A stretch of 33,216 bases of DNA from NCBI GenBank assembly GCA_038882655.1, contig JAVZNT010000012.1, positions 1-33,216 of the forward strand, given 5' to 3'. The stretch's first letter is position 1; the number at the start of each line of letters is the position of its first letter. The translations under genes and the position numbers were made by a program. The notes below the pieces were generated by a model. It saw only the letters and a program-made list of their open reading frames with translations, ran no database searches and had not been told where the DNA came from. Below are positions 25,962 through 33,216 of this stretch, piece by piece. The DNA is from Candidatus Bathyarchaeia archaeon (GTDB taxonomy: Archaea; Thermoproteota; Bathyarchaeia; Bathyarchaeales; Bathycorpusculaceae).

Positions 25962-26624
25962 TTGTCAGAAAAGTTTAGTAGAAGATGGGATGAGAGACGC
26001 GATGAGCAACCAATAACCGAGCGCATTAAGGAGGCTGTTAGACCGCCGGGACCGTTGAAGCCGAGGCTTGACATGGCTGTCCGCCGCATAGAACTCCAAA
26101 TACAGAAGCTGGACCAAGCAAGTGAAAGGTTCAGCCAGAGAGACAAGTCAATATTTGCTAGGATTGTTGATGCTTATACAAAGCATGACATGGCTCGGGC
26201 AAACGTCTTCGCGAACGAGTTGGCTGAGATAAGGAAAATGGAAAAAATGATTATGCAGGCTAGGCTTGCCCTTGAGCAAATTGTCTTAAGATTACGTACG
26301 GTATCAGAGCTTGGAGATGTAGTTTCAACCCTTGGTCCTGCAGTAAGCGTGCTAAGAGCCGTAAAGACTGGAATGGCTAACATCTTCCCAGAAGCAGAGA
26401 GGGAGTTGGGGCAGATAGGCAATCTTTTAAGCGGAATAATAGTGGAGGCTGGACAAAGCACAGGACTATCTATAAACTTTGAAACCGCCAACGAAGACGC
26501 CCAGAAAATACTTACAGAAGCGGCTGCTGTTGCTGAACAGAGAATTAAGGAGAAGTTCCCAGAGCTTCCAGCAGGAATCCCGCAGGTGCCGCTGCCGGAA
26601 AAATCCCCGACGGAAACATCTTAA
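25962..26624 (+). CDS. cdvB: ESCRT-III/Snf7-family protein (CdvB1/2-like, no wHTH)
   Basis: Snf7 core RDK.IF.R.V.A....D..RA...ANELAEIRK...LALEQI.LRL.TV.ELGD and EDAQKIL.EA, with a Pro-rich MIM2-like tail FPELP. GGAGG at 25949-53 favours TTG 25962 over 25947. Confidence 0.92.
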   Translation: MSEKFSRRWDERRDEQPITERIKEAVRPPGPLKPRLDMAVRRIELQIQKLDQASERFSQRDKSIFARIVDAYTKHDMARANVFANELAEIRKMEKMIMQARLALEQIVLRLRTVSELGDVVSTLGPAVSVLRAVKTGMANIFPEAERELGQIGNLLSGIIVEAGQSTGLSINFETANEDAQKILTEAAAVAEQRIKEKFPELPAGIPQVPLPEKSPTETS

Positions 26625-26645
26625 CAATAAAATGGAGGAACACAC

Positions 26646-27365
26646 ATGCCACAAGACCCCAATCTTTTTTTGTCCCTTGGTAAAGTCATTAAAGACGAGT
26701 ATGGACGCCCAATAGGCGAGGTGGCATCCTTCGCCGTAAAACCCAACGGTGGAGTGGACGCCATTTACATAAGACACAGTGATGGGCGCTTCGTTAAGTA
26801 TCCGGCTGGAACCATAAAAGTTGACGGCTCAGAGGTAATATTCCTCTCAAAAGTTAAATATGACAGCTCAGTTTTCTGCGATCAGATTCCACTTATATGG
26901 CGCAAAGATCAAGCCTTGAAAGAGCTTTTGGAGAAAAAGAAGATTTCACCAGAAGTTTACGAAGACTTGCATAGGAGTTTTGAAGGCGCCCTAAACCAGC
27001 TTAAAAGTGAAGCTCAAACCCTTCTTGAAAGAATTGATAAAGAAATTGAGAGATGCAACCAAGAGATTAGGGAACTGAATTATGCGCTTGTCCACTTAGA
27101 AGTGGAGCATGAGATAGGCGAGGTTGACGAACAATCTTATAAAGCAGCGTTCGCAACAATCCAAGAATGCTTGAAGAGGGCGCATTTGGAGAAGACAGAC
27201 CTTGAAAGCATAAAGAACAAGCTTTCAAACATTCTATTGGGAGAGGCACCGCCAAAAATCGTTGCTGAGGAACATGTTGAAGAAGCCCCAACTCCTCCGT
27301 CTCCAAGTCTCCCAGAACCTCCAGTCATAGTTTACGTGAAAGAAGCAGGCGAATCCGGCATTTAG
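26646..27365 (+). CDS. cdvA: CdvA-like cell division protein (PRC barrel + coiled coil + C-terminal peptide)
   Basis: N-terminal LGK.IKDEYGR.IG.V (PRC-barrel-like), a long coiled coil with AL.ELL....IS.EVY and GEVDE..Y, and a C-terminal PPVIVYVK. It sits between two ESCRT-III genes. GGAGG SD. Confidence 0.87.
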   Translation: MPQDPNLFLSLGKVIKDEYGRPIGEVASFAVKPNGGVDAIYIRHSDGRFVKYPAGTIKVDGSEVIFLSKVKYDSSVFCDQIPLIWRKDQALKELLEKKKISPEVYEDLHRSFEGALNQLKSEAQTLLERIDKEIERCNQEIRELNYALVHLEVEHEIGEVDEQSYKAAFATIQECLKRAHLEKTDLESIKNKLSNILLGEAPPKIVAEEHVEEAPTPPSPSLPEPPVIVYVKEAGESGI

Positions 27366-27395
27366 GCTTCTGCGTAGCGGGCGGAGGGAGCTAAA

Positions 27396-28313
27396 ATAAA
27401 AAACCCTTTCACCCAAACCCCTCCACCACTACGGGAAGTTATAATCAAGTCTGTGCATAAACTGCGAATCCAACAGCACAGAGTAGTTCAGGCGGCTCTG
27501 AGGCTTAAGGAGAGGGACAAAAGCCTATTCCAGAACTGCGTGACAGCGCTGAGAGCCAACAACAAGGAAAGAGCCGCAATATGTGCAAACGAACTAGCCG
27601 AGGTTCGAAAGTTAATCAATTTCCTCCAGCAAGTGGAGCTTGCCATTGAAAGAGTTATTCTCCGCCTTGAAACCGTTAAAGAGCTAAGCGACATAATCAT
27701 AGACTTAAAACCCGCATTGAAAACCCTCCAAAGCGTCTCCAAACAGCTCTTTGATGTTCTACCAGAAGTCTCCTCAGAACTTAGTGAAATAAACGACGTT
27801 ATAGGAGAGACAATCTACTCTACAAAGATATCCGCTGAGGAAGTAGCGATTCCAGTTGACAGAGTCACACCGGCCGGAGAGCAAATCTTGAAGGAAGTTT
27901 CAAGTTTCTTAGAGAAGAGGTTAGCTGAGAAGCTTCCTGAACCGCCCGCTATGCAAGAGGAAATGCCGGTGCCAAAGCTGGAGGCAAAGTTGGAGCCCGC
28001 TCAAGCCCAGATTAAGCAGATGGTTGCCCTAGCAGCTTCATGCTCTCAGTCTGTGGGCGACGAAACCGTTGAAGCTGAAGGAGGCAGTTCCCAAAATCTC
28101 ATCTCCTTCAGAAAGGCTGAAATCCAGGAGATTTCGCTTCGTGTTGGAAAGCCAACGCTTGAAGATGCCCTCTTGGAATATGTTCGTAAAAGCGGGGGCG
28201 AAATAGACTTGATGCGTTGTTCTCGGGAGTTGGGCGCCTCATATGAAGATATTGAGAAGGCCCTCCAAAGCCTTGGGACTAAGGGTAAAATAAAGATTGA
28301 AGCTAGAAGGTGA
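27396..28313 (+). CDS. cdvB: ESCRT-III CdvB with a C-terminal winged helix
   Basis: Snf7 core RDKSLF...RA.I.ANELAEVRK...LAIERVILRLETV.EL, MIM2-like LPEPP, and a C-terminal wHTH (LLEYVRKSGGEID...SRELG....IEKALQSL..KGKIKI). I placed the start at ATA 27396 (see findings); the ORF track gives GTG 27453. Confidence 0.88.
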   Translation: MKNPFTQTPPPLREVIIKSVHKLRIQQHRVVQAALRLKERDKSLFQNCVTALRANNKERAAICANELAEVRKLINFLQQVELAIERVILRLETVKELSDIIIDLKPALKTLQSVSKQLFDVLPEVSSELSEINDVIGETIYSTKISAEEVAIPVDRVTPAGEQILKEVSSFLEKRLAEKLPEPPAMQEEMPVPKLEAKLEPAQAQIKQMVALAASCSQSVGDETVEAEGGSSQNLISFRKAEIQEISLRVGKPTLEDALLEYVRKSGGEIDLMRCSRELGASYEDIEKALQSLGTKGKIKIEARR

Positions 28314-28320
28314 ACCTTTC

Positions 28321-29490
28321 ATGGAAGCATCACAAGAACTTGAAAAATCCGCCACAAACTATGCATTAGAAGCTGTCCGCCTCGACAAGCAGGGAGCCCG
28401 AGGCATGGCTATAACTATGTACCAGAAGGCTATAGAAACCCTTTTGAAGCTTGTTCAGCTTTACCCAGACTACAGCCTAAACAAGGTTTACATTCAAAGA
28501 GCCATAGCCTACCAGGAAAGAATTAAAGTGCTGCAAGGTGCAGTTGGTCCAACAGAACCAAGGACAGAGGAAGCCAAAGGCGTTGAAGGAGCCAAAACAG
28601 GAGAGGAAAAGAAGGCCACTTACGAAGACCTAATTGTTAAGGAAAAGCCAAACGTGAAATGGGACGAAGTTATAGGACTTGACACTGCGAAGAGAGCCAT
28701 AAAGGAAGCCATAATCTACCCAGTTCAGAGACCAGATCTTTTCCCACTAGGCTGGCCTAGAGGTATACTTCTATTTGGACCGCCTGGATGTGGTAAAACT
28801 TTGTTGGCGGCTGCCGCTGCGACGGAAATTGACGCTGTTTTTATTTCTGTGGATGCCGCCTCCATAATGTCTAAGTGGCTTGGCGAGGCTGAACAGAATG
28901 TTGCTCGTCTTTTCGAGTCGGCTAGGAAATCTGCTTTGGACGATAAGAAGCCAGCCATAATCTTTATTGACGAGTTAGATTCTCTGATGGGGAAGCATTC
29001 TAACGAGGTTGGCGGCGAAGTTCGAGTGCGAAATCAGTTCTTGAAGGAGATGGACGGCATAATTGACAAGGGCAAAAACATCCACGTCTATGTTATTGGC
29101 GCCACAAACAAGCCTTGGGATTTGGACTGGCCGTTTATTAGGCGTTTCCAAAAGCGCATTCTCGTGCCACTTCCAGACCACCACGCCCGCCTTATGATGT
29201 TTAAGCATTACACGAGTAATTTGCTTTTGGCTCCAGATGTGGATTTGCACGAGTTGGCTAGGCTTTCAGAAGGCTTTTCTGGAAGTGACATAAAAGACGT
29301 CTGCCAAGCAGCCCACCTAAAAGTTATTGGAGAATTCTTTGAGTCTGGTCAAGCTGCAAACAAGCTTGCCAAGCCAAGGCCTTTGCGGATGAGCGATTTT
29401 AGGCAGATTCTTGAGGAGAGGAAGCCAAGTGTTTCCCTTGATATGCTGTCCCTCTACAACAGATGGTTTGAAGCCTTTAAAGCCCTATAG
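28321..29490 (+). CDS. cdvC: Vps4/CdvC AAA+ ATPase with an N-terminal MIT domain
   Basis: MIT domain (A..YA.EAVRLDKQG....AI..YQKAIE.L...YQERIK.L), KPNVKWD, FPLGWPRGILLFGPPGCGKT, SKWLGE.E, FIDELD, ATNKPW.LD..FIRRF and terminal FKAL. AGGTGA SD favours ATG 28321. Confidence 0.96.
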   Translation: MEASQELEKSATNYALEAVRLDKQGARGMAITMYQKAIETLLKLVQLYPDYSLNKVYIQRAIAYQERIKVLQGAVGPTEPRTEEAKGVEGAKTGEEKKATYEDLIVKEKPNVKWDEVIGLDTAKRAIKEAIIYPVQRPDLFPLGWPRGILLFGPPGCGKTLLAAAAATEIDAVFISVDAASIMSKWLGEAEQNVARLFESARKSALDDKKPAIIFIDELDSLMGKHSNEVGGEVRVRNQFLKEMDGIIDKGKNIHVYVIGATNKPWDLDWPFIRRFQKRILVPLPDHHARLMMFKHYTSNLLLAPDVDLHELARLSEGFSGSDIKDVCQAAHLKVIGEFFESGQAANKLAKPRPLRMSDFRQILEERKPSVSLDMLSLYNRWFEAFKAL

Positions 29491-29620
29491 GAGCGCCCAT
29501 AAAGTGGAAAGGTTTGGAGAATTCGCTTCTATATTTTTGAGAAGCTCTCCTTTCTCCCCCTTCTCCCCCCTTGGAATCTCCAAATCCCACAAGTAAACAT
29601 GGGTGCTCTGTAAAGGGGCT
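29481..29620 (+). other. Nested multi-stem hairpin (candidate structured RNA or 3'-UTR element) between the convergent cdvC and mobB
   Basis: Stems pair 29491-500 with 29599-608, 29504-07 with 29587-90, 29511-20 with 29577-86, and 29525-30 with 29540-45. The imperfections in the long stems are G:U pairs on the + strand. Confidence 0.6.
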
Positions 29621-29623
29621 ACT

Positions 29624-30166
29624 TCAAAAACCTCTTTTTTCCCTTATAATTTTTTCCACGTGCTCCACAAGCTTAGCTTGCTCCTTGAGCACATCAAAAT
29701 ATGGAGCTGGCAAGCGTTTTCCCATTATTAAGTGGGGTCCAGTAAAGGCTATTATGGGCTTGAAGGCTTTTAGGGCTTCAGCAATTTCCTCTTCAGATTT
29801 TACGGTCACTATTTTTGGCACGTTGAGGTTTTCACCTAAAATTTTTCTGAAACCTTCAATTAGGATTATGTCGCTGTCTCGGCACTTTTCCATTATGGTT
29901 TCAAGGGAAAAATCTTTCGTGCTGTTCTTTTCTATTATGGCTATTTCTTTTGGCGAGATGCTAACCACCGTTTTGGCTCCAGCTTCGGCGAATTTCCAAG
30001 TGTCTTTGCCCTTTGTGTCTATTGTGAAGTCTTTTTCTGGGATGTGTTTTACGGCTGCCACTTTGTAGCCTCGGCGGGTTAACTCCCTTGTTAAGGCTTC
30101 TATTGTCGTTGTTTTTCCGGATTCTTTGCCTCCTAATACAGCTATGACTATGGTTTTGGTTTTCAA
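29624..30166 (-). CDS. mobB: Molybdopterin-guanine dinucleotide biosynthesis protein B
   Basis: G.KESGKTT.IE.L..EL..RGYKVAAVKH, IDTKGKDTWKF..AGA and DIILIEGF. TTG start with AAGGTG SD. Confidence 0.94.
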   Translation of the reverse strand: MKTKTIVIAVLGGKESGKTTTIEALTRELTRRGYKVAAVKHIPEKDFTIDTKGKDTWKFAEAGAKTVVSISPKEIAIIEKNSTKDFSLETIMEKCRDSDIILIEGFRKILGENLNVPKIVTVKSEEEIAEALKAFKPIIAFTGPHLIMGKRLPAPYFDVLKEQAKLVEHVEKIIREKRGF

Positions 30167-30178
30167 TTATTGCACCTT

Positions 30179-30655
30179 CTAATTCTCCATCTCTTCGTTA
30201 AAGATTCTCTTAAAGGTGGCGTTTTCCACGTGAAGCTTTTCCGAGAGGTTCTTTACCCATTTTATGTAGCTTCTAAAAATGCTTTGCAATATTTCTGCCT
30301 TTTCCCTATCTGAAAGCTCCTTCTCCTCCGCCAATAGTAGTGCAAACCATTTTCCGGCATCCGAAAGCATATAAAATTTAACCCATACGATGCGCCCTTC
30401 ATGCTCTGTTTTCTCCATATCCTCTGTTAAGATTCCAAGCTTAGTTAAAACCTTCAAGTTCTCAATTATCGTCTTGTTTGAGTAGGAGAGTTCCTTAACA
30501 AGGTCTTTCTGGTAAACTTTGTTTGAAATTCCGGTTTTAAGGAAGAATCTTAAAATGTCAAGGGAGGCCTTAGAGCCAAAAATTGCGCTTAGTATGCGGT
30601 TTTTTTCCTCGGCTGGAAGGAAAACTACATAGGGATGTAGAGAATTCACCGGCAT
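30179..30655 (-). CDS. Winged-helix domain hypothetical protein (putative regulator)
   Basis: IFGSKA..DILRF......KVYQKDLVKELSYSNKTIIENLK.L.KLGIL...WVKFY.LSD.GKW fits a wHTH. It ends 12 nt upstream of mobB. Confidence 0.72.
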   Translation of the reverse strand: MPVNSLHPYVVFLPAEEKNRILSAIFGSKASLDILRFFLKTGISNKVYQKDLVKELSYSNKTIIENLKVLTKLGILTEDMEKTEHEGRIVWVKFYMLSDAGKWFALLLAEEKELSDREKAEILQSIFRSYIKWVKNLSEKLHVENATFKRIFNEEMEN

Positions 30656-30742
30656 ACACCATCAGAAAGTCTCTAATGTTTACCTTAAATTGCTTTCCCT
30701 AAACGTCAACGCTTTTAAAACAGTTAGCTAAATTCTAACAAG

Positions 30743-31780
30743 GTGACATTGACGGCTGCGCCTAAAAGCTGGCTTCCAATGGATGGAGACACATTCGCCA
30801 CCAGCGAAAGCTTCATATTAAACGTTTTTGGGTATGAGCATCCAGAAAAGCGGGTTTTCGCCTTTCTAAAGTATATTCCGTCAAGGTTTAAAGAGCTCTT
30901 TAATGTACGCTTTTTAGGGAGAACATGGCGATATGGGAAAGTTGAACTCTTTAGAGCTGAGAAGCTTTACACGGCGAAAAACTACCAAACCTTCCTAGAA
31001 GTTTTTAGGAGAAACTTCCCAGACTATGTTTACCACTGTCCCTTCAGAAAAAAGGACGTCATCAGCGCACCCCTAGCAAGGATTAGGCGAGTGTATGTTC
31101 CAAGAGAGCACCTTCAAAGGCTTTTGAAGATGAAAAGGCTGGATAAACTGCAGAAGATGACTCTTGATTTTTTGGATTTGGTTTCCAACGCTTCGAAGGT
31201 TGCTCTTGAAGATTTTGGTGTTCACGGCTCCATAGCCTTAAACATGCATTCTCAAGAGTCAGACATTGACATAGTCGTTTATGGTAGCCAAAACTTCCGC
31301 AAAGTGGAGGAAGCAATTAACAAGCTTGTTGAAGAGGGAATTCTAAGCTATGTGTTTAACAACCGTTTGGACGCCGCGAGACGGTTTAAGGGGCGATATC
31401 GCGAAAAGATTTTCATGTATAATGCTGTCCGCAAACCAGAAGAAGTGACAACTACGTATGGCGAATACTCTTACACGCAACTAGCCCCAGTTAAGTTCCA
31501 ATGTAAAGTTAAAGATGACGGAGAAGCCATGTTCCGCCCAGCCATATACAAAATCGAAGACTATACGCCGCTAAGCCAAAACTCAAAGCTTTCAAAGGAA
31601 ATGGTTCCGGAGGCGGTTGTTTCCATGGTTGGATGCTACAGAAACGTCGCCAAAAAAGGCCAAAAAATAGAAGTTTCAGGCATGCTAGAGCGTGTGGAAA
31701 AAGTTGGAAGTGGCGAAGCTTTCTATCAAGTTGTTGTTGGAACCGCTGGAAGTGAGGAAGAGTACATTTGGCCAGTTTAA
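30743..31780 (+). CDS. Pol-beta-superfamily nucleotidyltransferase domain protein (paralog 1)
   Basis: Signature FGVHGS.......SDIDIVVYG, N-terminal V.GY.HP, and C-terminal V.DD..A.F.P..Y.IE and A.KG..IEV.G.LERV. Confidence 0.85.
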   Translation: MTLTAAPKSWLPMDGDTFATSESFILNVFGYEHPEKRVFAFLKYIPSRFKELFNVRFLGRTWRYGKVELFRAEKLYTAKNYQTFLEVFRRNFPDYVYHCPFRKKDVISAPLARIRRVYVPREHLQRLLKMKRLDKLQKMTLDFLDLVSNASKVALEDFGVHGSIALNMHSQESDIDIVVYGSQNFRKVEEAINKLVEEGILSYVFNNRLDAARRFKGRYREKIFMYNAVRKPEEVTTTYGEYSYTQLAPVKFQCKVKDDGEAMFRPAIYKIEDYTPLSQNSKLSKEMVPEAVVSMVGCYRNVAKKGQKIEVSGMLERVEKVGSGEAFYQVVVGTAGSEEEYIWPV

Positions 31781-32853
31781 GGCTTAGGGACCGCGACGCA
31801 ATAGTAACACCTGAAGGCTTGATTTTCCGAGTTTTTGGCTACACCCACCCGCCAGAAGCCTTTATATGCGATGCTGAGTATTCGCCTTCCAGCCTTTTTA
31901 AATCCTCCAATCCGAAAGCCTGCAGAACCGACGGCGCAGATATCTTTTACAAGTTTTATGAAGATGAGGGATGGCGCTTTGTTGAGGCAAACTTTCAGCA
32001 ATACATGATTTTGCATGAGCCTATTGGCAGAAAAGTTGTAGGCGTGAGGCACTCTGACGTGGCGAGTGTCAGAAAGCCGGAAGAAGCCCTAAAAAGGCTT
32101 ATTGAAAAAGAGCCTAAAGACGAGCTTTTAAAGGCTCTTCAAAAGGTTCTTGAAGCAACCGTGGTCAGTTCTGGCCTATCTATAGAGGATTTTGGTGTTT
32201 TCGGTTCGCTTCTCCAAAGCTTTTACCATCCGAGGTTTTCTGACATTGACATAGTTGTTTATGGCAGGAAAAATTTGGAGCGGATACGAGAAATCCTACT
32301 AGAGCTTTACATGGATAAAAGCTCGCGATTTTCCAACGAGTTTGAGGATGACTCGCCCATTAAGGGGAAGGCTTGGCGCTTCAAGAACATAAGTCCAGAA
32401 GAGTTTGTTTGGCACCAGAAGCGCAAAACCATTTATGGAGTTTTTCACGACGAAGCCTCTAAAAGGGCTATTAAGGTTGAGTTTGAACCTGTTAAAGGCT
32501 GGAGCGAAATCATCAACGAATACAACCAGATTAAGAGGATAACCCGCAAAGGCTGGGTTAAGGCTTATCTACGCGTAAGGGATGATTCAGACGCGCCTTT
32601 CATGCCCTCAATTTATCATGTTGAAACTGTCAAAATAGTTGAAGGTCCAAGAGTTGAAGACTTAAGGAGGATTGTTTCCTACCTTGAGGAGTTTAGGATA
32701 CAAGCGTGGAGGGGCGAAACGGTTTATGTTGAGGGAAACCTTGAAAAGGTTGAAACACGAAACGGCGGGGGCTTCCACCAAATAACATTAACTTATGGAC
32801 CGCGCTATTACGAGCAAGTTTTGAAGGTTGCAGAACCAACAGCCAAAATTTAG
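31768..32853 (+). CDS. Pol-beta-superfamily nucleotidyltransferase domain protein (paralog 2)
   Basis: FGVFGSLL...YHP..SDIDIVVYG, RDRDAI.T.EG.IFRVFGYTHP, VRDDSDAPFMPSIY.VE and QA..GETV.VEG.LEKV. It overlaps paralog 1 by 13 nt. Confidence 0.87.
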   Translation: MASLRLRDRDAIVTPEGLIFRVFGYTHPPEAFICDAEYSPSSLFKSSNPKACRTDGADIFYKFYEDEGWRFVEANFQQYMILHEPIGRKVVGVRHSDVASVRKPEEALKRLIEKEPKDELLKALQKVLEATVVSSGLSIEDFGVFGSLLQSFYHPRFSDIDIVVYGRKNLERIREILLELYMDKSSRFSNEFEDDSPIKGKAWRFKNISPEEFVWHQKRKTIYGVFHDEASKRAIKVEFEPVKGWSEIINEYNQIKRITRKGWVKAYLRVRDDSDAPFMPSIYHVETVKIVEGPRVEDLRRIVSYLEEFRIQAWRGETVYVEGNLEKVETRNGGGFHQITLTYGPRYYEQVLKVAEPTAKI

Positions 32854-33216
32854 CTTTTTAGAATCATGTAGTCTGTAGGCTTGTTTCCAAGAAGCAATCT
32901 AAAATACTCACAGCCACTCCTATGGTTTGTTACGTGTTCAAGTTTTCCCTGCGCTACAACAGTCTCGCCCTTTCTTGCTTGTTCGCAGAACCTCCCACGG
33001 AAGGATGCAATCTCCTTTATTGGCTCGAGTTTTGGTCCCTCAACAATTTTTACGTCTTCAATTTTGTATGTGCATGGCGTGAATATGGCTTCAGAATCAT
33101 CAACAACAACCGCCTCAATCTTCGCATAACCACAATTCCTGTAGCGGACATCACCATACTTCTCGCCAACTTCATTCCAGTCCTTTACAAAACGGATGAA
33201 ATAGTCTCTATCCATA
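32850..33216 (-). CDS. Nucleotidyltransferase-family protein (paralog 3), C-terminal part only; the 5' end lies outside the window
   Basis: VVDDSEAIFTPCTYKIE and SFRGRFCEQARKGETV.AQGKLEHV align with the C-terminal domains of paralogs 1 and 2. The frame runs off the window edge. Confidence 0.8.
   Translation of the reverse strand, partial: MDRDYFIRFVKDWNEVGEKYGDVRYRNCGYAKIEAVVVDDSEAIFTPCTYKIEDVKIVEGPKLEPIKEIASFRGRFCEQARKGETVVAQGKLEHVTNHRSGCEYFRLLLGNKPTDYMILKS

Noticed and set aside
29481-29620. tRNA, SECIS, H/ACA RNA or Moco riboswitch identity for the hairpin
   Set aside because: There is no cloverleaf or T-loop, no in-frame TGA in cdvC, and no clear K-turn with terminal ACA. It also lies at the 3' end, not the 5' end, of mobB.
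30743-33216. CBASS or MNT-HEPN toxin-antitoxin assignment for the NTases
   Set aside because: No effector, Cap2/Cap3 or HEPN gene is in view, and the size and domain layout differ from MNTs. A defence role cannot be fully excluded because the locus runs off the window.

Overview
A gene-dense archaeal chromosomal segment. Its content fits a TACK archaeon, most likely Bathyarchaeia (inferred from the CdvA/CdvB/CdvC locus, archaeal TpiA, PdaD and Cdc6, and a dockerin-tailed solute-binding protein). From left to right it holds a carbohydrate cluster (partial GH1 glycosidase, GalT, glycogen debranching enzyme); a DUF89 phosphatase, tpiA and pdaD; cdc6/orc1 followed by a HIT-like gene and a wHTH gene; moaC-moaB-moaA interrupted by a secreted M28 peptidase; a metallophosphoesterase; several wHTH regulators and unknown membrane or surface proteins; a degenerate GT2; an APC permease; an Lhr helicase; a SAM methyltransferase; a stand-alone class II amidotransferase; an orphan family-5 solute-binding protein with a dockerin-like tail; the ESCRT locus (cdvB-cdvA-cdvB-cdvC); mobB with a wHTH gene; and three adjacent paralogous pol-beta-superfamily nucleotidyltransferases. 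The ORF track misses several things: a box C/D sRNA (25387-25453) whose D' guide fits the 23S rRNA C2498-equivalent, a ~140-nt nested hairpin downstream of cdvC, a probable ATA start codon for the second cdvB, and palindromic operator-like sites. The best candidate for an undescribed system is the nucleotidyltransferase triad with its divergent wHTH-mobB unit. I saw no tRNA, rRNA, CRISPR array or transposase.
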